The notes beneath the pieces were generated by a model. The model made no database searches, was not told where the DNA came from, and saw only the letters and a program-made list of their open reading frames with translations. Below are positions 56,001-62,000 of a DNA stretch of 64,000 nt, in pieces. The number at the start of each line of letters is the position of its first letter. Position 1 is the first letter of the stretch. Both the position numbers and the translations under genes were made by a program. This DNA comes from Caecitellus pseudoparvulus. Taxonomy: Eukaryota > Protista > Bigyra: Bicosoecida. The stretch is from assembly GCA_965644315.1 (NCBI GenBank), contig CBFFRQ010000018.1, positions 1,240,001 to 1,304,000 of the forward strand, given 5' to 3'.

Positions 56001-59000
56001 CTTGCTGACCATGGCGACGATTTCACACTTGGGGAACTGTCGCTTTTGGGCAGGAGCTCCGTCTTCCCCACCCTCCCCGTCACCTTCGTCGTCCTCCTCG
56101 TCGTCTTCCGAGACGTAGCCATCTAGTTCTTTGAACTCAATGCGATCAATGCCTTCGAATGACTTGTTCAAGTGTGGCTGCACTCGACGGGGGTCCTTCG
56201 TCTCTGCAAGGATTTCCAGCAGCTCCTCATTGGAAAGGAAGTAGAAGCGAGGGAACTGGCCCCGCTTCATCTCCAAATACTTGTTCAGGCCTCGCTGCAC
56301 TGTCTCAAGGCGCTGAGCTGCGTTTTGGAGCGTGCTGAGCAGCTTGGAGTCAGCCAAGTTCTCCACCAGCGACGGCTCCGCTGCGACGCCGCGCATGAGC
56401 TCACGCCACACCTTGTCCACCACCCTGAAAACTCGACCTTGTTCCGGCATCTGCCGCATGATGTCCTTGCTGCCAAAGATGGGCTCCAGGTACCGCCAAG
56501 AGCGCTGCACATTCATCCACACCTCCAGCAAGTTGGTGGCGTCCAGCAACATGCTCTCGAAGCGACGGGTGTCCTCCAGGATGTTGACGATGTATGGAGA
56601 AGTCAGGAGGTTCTGCGTCTTGACCAGCTGGTCGTCCAGCAGGGCTTGGATGACGTCCACACCCTTGATGATGGCGACGTCTGGGCTCTTGGGGTACGGC
56701 ATGAGGGACAGGGACACCGCGCGAAGCTCGCCCACCATGCTTTGCAGCGACGCATTCAGTGCGTGCTGCTTGGAAGCGATCAGCGCGACCTCTTGCACGT
56801 CGTCCATGTGATTCTTAACGCCGTGGTTGATCAAGTCGTTCAGGCAGAAGTCCCGCTGCTCCTCCAGCGGGTCGAAGGGCTTACCGTTGAAGTCGTCCAG
56901 GCGGTCTGCCACGTCTTGCCAGTGCTCGGGCTGCATGACGTCCTTGGCGCCGAGGGCCTCCACGACGGGGAGGATCTCCCTGAAGCCAGTGAGCTTCTTG
57001 CGCAGCGAAGTGGCCACCTCCAAAGGCTTCTCGGCACCCAGCTCTGCAAAGGCCTTGATGAGTCCGTTCGCACCTGCGTGCCAAGCGGTGACCTTGCTCA
57101 CCATCTCTTTCGTGTCAATTTCGCTGAAGGGGTTCTCAGTCCACTTCACAGCCTTGTCGTCCAACTCGTTCACAACCGACCACAGACGGTAGAAGGGCTG
57201 GAAGTCATGCTTCACGCGCTCAAGGGTGGTGAAGTCTGACAGTGGTTGTTCAAAGATGCGCTCTCGCTCGTTGAAGTCTGTGGCTCGGGCTGTTGACTCG
57301 ATCAGCTGATCCTGCAAGGACAGCGCCTCCTCGGCGACTTTGTCGAACGCCGCCTTGTCAGTGACTTCCAGCTCCTCCCCGCCTTTCTCGTAGAATTCCA
57401 ACACGCGGCCAGGCAGCTGAGCCACCTGCTTCTCAAAGGCAGCTTTTTCAACCTCCAGCTCAGCCACAAGCTTGTCGCTCTCCAAGTCGAGGTGTGCCAA
57501 GGCAGCACCAGCCTGCTCCATGATGCGGCTGGGCCACGTTCGGAGGTACAGCAGCGCACGCACCACTTGCTTGGGGATGTCCCGTTCATCCCGGTCAAAC
57601 TCGCCCAGTGAAGTCAAACGCCGCCACGTCTCGATGGACAGCGCCTCCAGACCTGACACGAGGCCGTCCAGCGCCTCCAGCACTGCCCGCATACGTTCCA
57701 CACCCCGGGCATTGGATGGCTTCAGCTTCAGCCGAGCGAGTAGTTCGGCGTACTTCTCGTCCACCTCCACTGCTACGCGAGCGCAGTCACGCACAATGAT
57801 CTTTGCCATGGCTGTCGTCAACTCCCTCGCCCTCTTCGTGAGCACAGCCTTTACGTGCGAGGTGTCGACGGCGAACAGTCCGAACGAAACGTGGTCGTCA
57901 GAGAGTCGCGCGATTTCTTGGCTTGCCCGCCAGAACCGGCGGATTTCGCGGCGCTCGTCCTTTGCGCGCTTCTTCTTTGGCCGGCCTGCTTCATCGTACG
58001 TCAAGTGAGCTGCCCACTTGGGGACGTACGGCAGCTGCCACTGCCGCAGTGGAACCTCATCGCCTTCACTGGCAGCCTCCATCTCGCCGAAGCCCATGCC
58101 GTCACCGTGCATGCCGAAGTCGTCGTCGGAGGCGCTTGCTGCAAGAGCGTGCTGTCGGGCGGCCACCGCAGCTGCCTCTGCGGCCCGCTTAGCCCGACGC
58201 TCAGACATGGCAGCTGCCCGTTGCTCCTCCTGGGCACTATCTGCGGGGTACAGCTCGTCGCCTGGTCCCGAGCCCGGTGTGACGGCTAGGACAGCAGGGG
58301 GCAGCGTGGCTTCCGTTTCATCACCCTCATCCACAGGCAGAGTCGCTGCGAGATGAGGCGACGTCGCACCGGACAGCATGGCCGCACGGGCGGCCTGGGC
58401 AACGTGGGCAGCGGCAAACAGGGCCTCCATGTCTTGCTCTTCGTCTGACGTCTCTTCCTCTGTCTCCCACTCGTCCTCGCCGCGGACGACAGCTGAGCGC
58501 AAGGGGCCGATGTGCACCGCGGAAGGGTCTGCTTCAGCCTGGCGTCGCCGGAGACCAGAGAGGGCAGACGGGAAGGCTGAGGCTTCACGAGATCCCAGTC
58601 CGTCGTCGTCTCCTTCCTCAGCGGGGGCACCGAGGTCCCACTCCGTGAGCACAGGGGGGCGGCGCCGTACAGACAAGCCACGGGTCAAGTCAGCGCCACG
58701 GAGGCTGAGAAGCCACGCAAAGCGGCCGTAGACATTGGCCAAAGCGTTGGGACGAACCATTTCCGCAGCCACCATCTGGCTGATGGCTGCACGTGCGGCC
58801 TCCATACGGGTTTCCACGGGCACGGCGCTGGGCGGTACGGTGGACAGGTGCTGCCTGCTTGTGGCGAGCTTGTCGGTGAGGTATTCATGCGCTGCCCGCA
58901 GCTCCACAGCAGCAGGGTGCCACTGCTGCATATCTTCAATGGCCGATGACAGGGGGCCTGCCGACGGCCGAGGCCGTCCTTGCAGCAGCTTGCGCACGTT

Positions 59001-62000
59001 GCGATCGCGGTGCAGGTTTGGCATGGACGAGACCCCCGATGCCATCAGCAAGCGCGCTGCGCGTGCGCTGGCCAAGCTGCTTCCAGCTGCTCCAGCATCA
59101 GCGGCCTCCGCCTTTGCCTTTGCCTCAGCTTCAGCCCGCTTGACTTCGTCCTCCACTGCGGCGGTGAGGCGCTGTACCCAGGAAGCCTGGTCGTGCTGCG
59201 CGGCAACGATGTGACGCTGCAAGACATCGGAGAATTGGGCCGGCAGCGGGGTGGGCAGCTGGCGCGTAAGGGGCAGCAGTGGCGCCTCTTCGAAAGGCAT
59301 GAGGGTAAGAAGGGCAGGCTCCACACTGGTCAGAGAAGCCGCGGCGTCGCCCATTCTTCGCAACACTCGCAGCAGTGTCGTCTCCACCTCAGCTGCCGTA
59401 GGAGAGAACTGCACGGAATGAGCAGCCAGCTTGGCATCCGCGGGCAAGGCCAGCCTCAAAGGCGGTGCGGCGTACACGTGCAAGCCAGCCGGCAGGACGT
59501 CACTGCGCACCGGGCGGGTGGCTGCGCTGGCAGCAGTGGCACCTTCACGTGCCCCTGGCACGTACGCACTGGGACCGCCCTCCGTGTGTTCCTTGCCGGT
59601 GTAGCCAGGCAGGTGGTGAGGGGCGTGCAGGCGAAGCGCCACGGCCGTGTGGGTGGTGTACTTGGCGGCAGCGTCTGCGAGCTGCCCGACGTCCATGGGG
59701 TCAATCCACACTTCAGGATCCTGGCTAGATTCAGCCACGCCAGGCAAGGTGAGCTTGGCAGCGCCTGCGACAGGGGACACTGCCGGCGAGGCCTTGGGGA
59801 ATGCTGCGTCCTCTGCAGGGCTCGCATCGGCTTGCGTCGGACGCCCGAAGAAGCCACCGAGTGTGGGGCCTTCAAACACGACCCCCTTCAGAGCGGTAGG
59901 CACGAGAGTGATGGTGAACAGGGACGGCTTGTGGGACACCGCCTCGGCTCGCGGGGGCTGTGCGATGGCGTACTTGCCCACCAGAGACTCGTCGCGAAAG
60001 TCCAAGCGGGCATCTGGGCGCGAGCCGATTCGGTCATCCTCATCGTCGCTCACATCGCCAGGCATCAGCACGGGGGGAACTGGTTGGGGGACGCCCCACA
60101 AGGCAGCAGCTGGCGAGCGACCGCCCCTGAGGGGGTAGTTCAGCAACAACATACTTGAAATCGCATGGCCAGATGGCTGCGCTGGCGGCGGCTTGGCGAC
60201 CCCACCGAGCAGGCCATCCATCAAGTGCTCGTACTCTGCTGCGGTTCGCAGAACGACATGGCCTGCGGAGCGGTGCGTGCTGGCGCCATGGTGGCCTGGG
60301 TGGACACCATACAGGGTGTCGCAAACTGCACGGGCAGCATCCTCCAACGAAGCAGCCCCCCTCGCTCCTGGCACGCTTTGATTTGGAGGCAAGCGTGCAG
60401 CCTGCAGCAGCTGCAGCGCAGAGCCCTGCACCTGCTGCAAGTCGCCGTGCTGCGCTGGAACAATAGAAGTGTCCCGACCTGCTGCAAGAGCGGTGGCAAA
60501 GGCCCCCTGTCTACCAGCCGGGTGAGCAGATGCTTGCACTGCAGCAGCATGTGCTTCGGCTGCCTCGCGCAGCTGTGAGCCCAGAAGCGCCGTGGCCACG
60601 TGCCCCACCAGTGCCCCCGCGTGGTAGCCATGCCGGGTGTTCAAGGCAGTGGCGTGCAGGGAAGCAGCAGCTGTGAAGGCACGGTACGCCTGCAGGGCAC
60701 TGTCCACATCCTGTGCTCGCTCTTCGCGATCGGCAAACACCAGCGTGGCCGTGTCACGCACGGCCCCCGTTTCACACACGCCGGCAAGCATGGAGATAAA
60801 CGAGTCGATGGAGGCTGACGTCAGTGTTCGCAGCTGCGCTGTCATGAACAACTGAATACGGCGCAGCATGTCTGATAGAGGGCTTGCCTCGTACAGCGAC
60901 TGGCTGCGCATGTACAGGTTGTACACGTTGTGCACGGAGTCGTGCAGCTCTGCGACGAACTTCACGCGCCAATCTTCCCGGAGGTCTGCGAGGAGTTCAG
61001 CAGAAGCTGCCGCTTGCCGGCGTTCAAATGTGGCGAGGGACATGGGCCACACGGGTTCCTCCCCCAACAGCTCCAGGTAATCCACCCCCTTCAAGCAAGC
61101 AAACACATCCTCCTCGTCCAGCGAGGCGCCTGTGTGCTCGGACCTGGACGATGGCTGTGGGTTTGTCACCACCAAAGCTGGCGCGTCAGTCCCGAGAGAC
61201 GCTGCGGAAGCAGACGCCCCCATGCCGTCCTCCCCCGCAGCGCCGCCTCGCACGGCGAAGCGGCGCCGCATGTGCTTGCGGGCACGCTCGCGCTGCAATG
61301 CCTCGTGCTCAGGCGACGCACCTGCTCCGGAAGTAGCGGAGCCCAGCCACGTGTCAGCAAAGCGGCGCCGTTTCGACAGGAAGCGCGTGTGAAAGAGGCG
61401 AGCGAGCCAGTAGGAGGGCAGCCACACTGGCGCAGTGGACACAGCTAGCGTCTCCTCCAGCGCCATCATGGCCTGGGCAAAGGGAATGCGGGCAGCATCG
61501 CCGTGTGCGAAGCCTTCCAACACACTGGGTGTCACCTCCACCTGCCCGAACACGGGCGCAGGCGGCACGGGAACAGGCCGAGGCAAGCGCAGCGCAACGT
61601 GGGCCCTGCGCTTTGCTGGATCCACGAGTCGGTACGTGTGCTGAGCAAGCTTCATGGTGAAGGCGAATTCATCCCGCACCTCCTGCATGGTGCGTGAGAC
61701 CAGCTGCTCGTGGCGCTCCAACGTGGGCAGTGGGTTGGACGCCCTGACAGCTTTGCGGAGAATGCCGGCCTGCACCTCCTCAGACAGAGGAGCAAGCACG
61801 TCGGGCGTTGACGGCTGCCCCTCCAGGAAGTGGACATATCGAAGAGCTGCTTTGGCTGCCTCGCGCCGGGCAGCAGCTGCTGCCCGGCGCGCGAAGAACG
61901 CCTCGAAAGACTCTGCGGCGAATCGCAGGTTCAGACGCCGCACCCAGCGCTTCGGCAGCTTCCCAGGCAAGTGCAGAACACCATCTTTGTACCATTCGGA

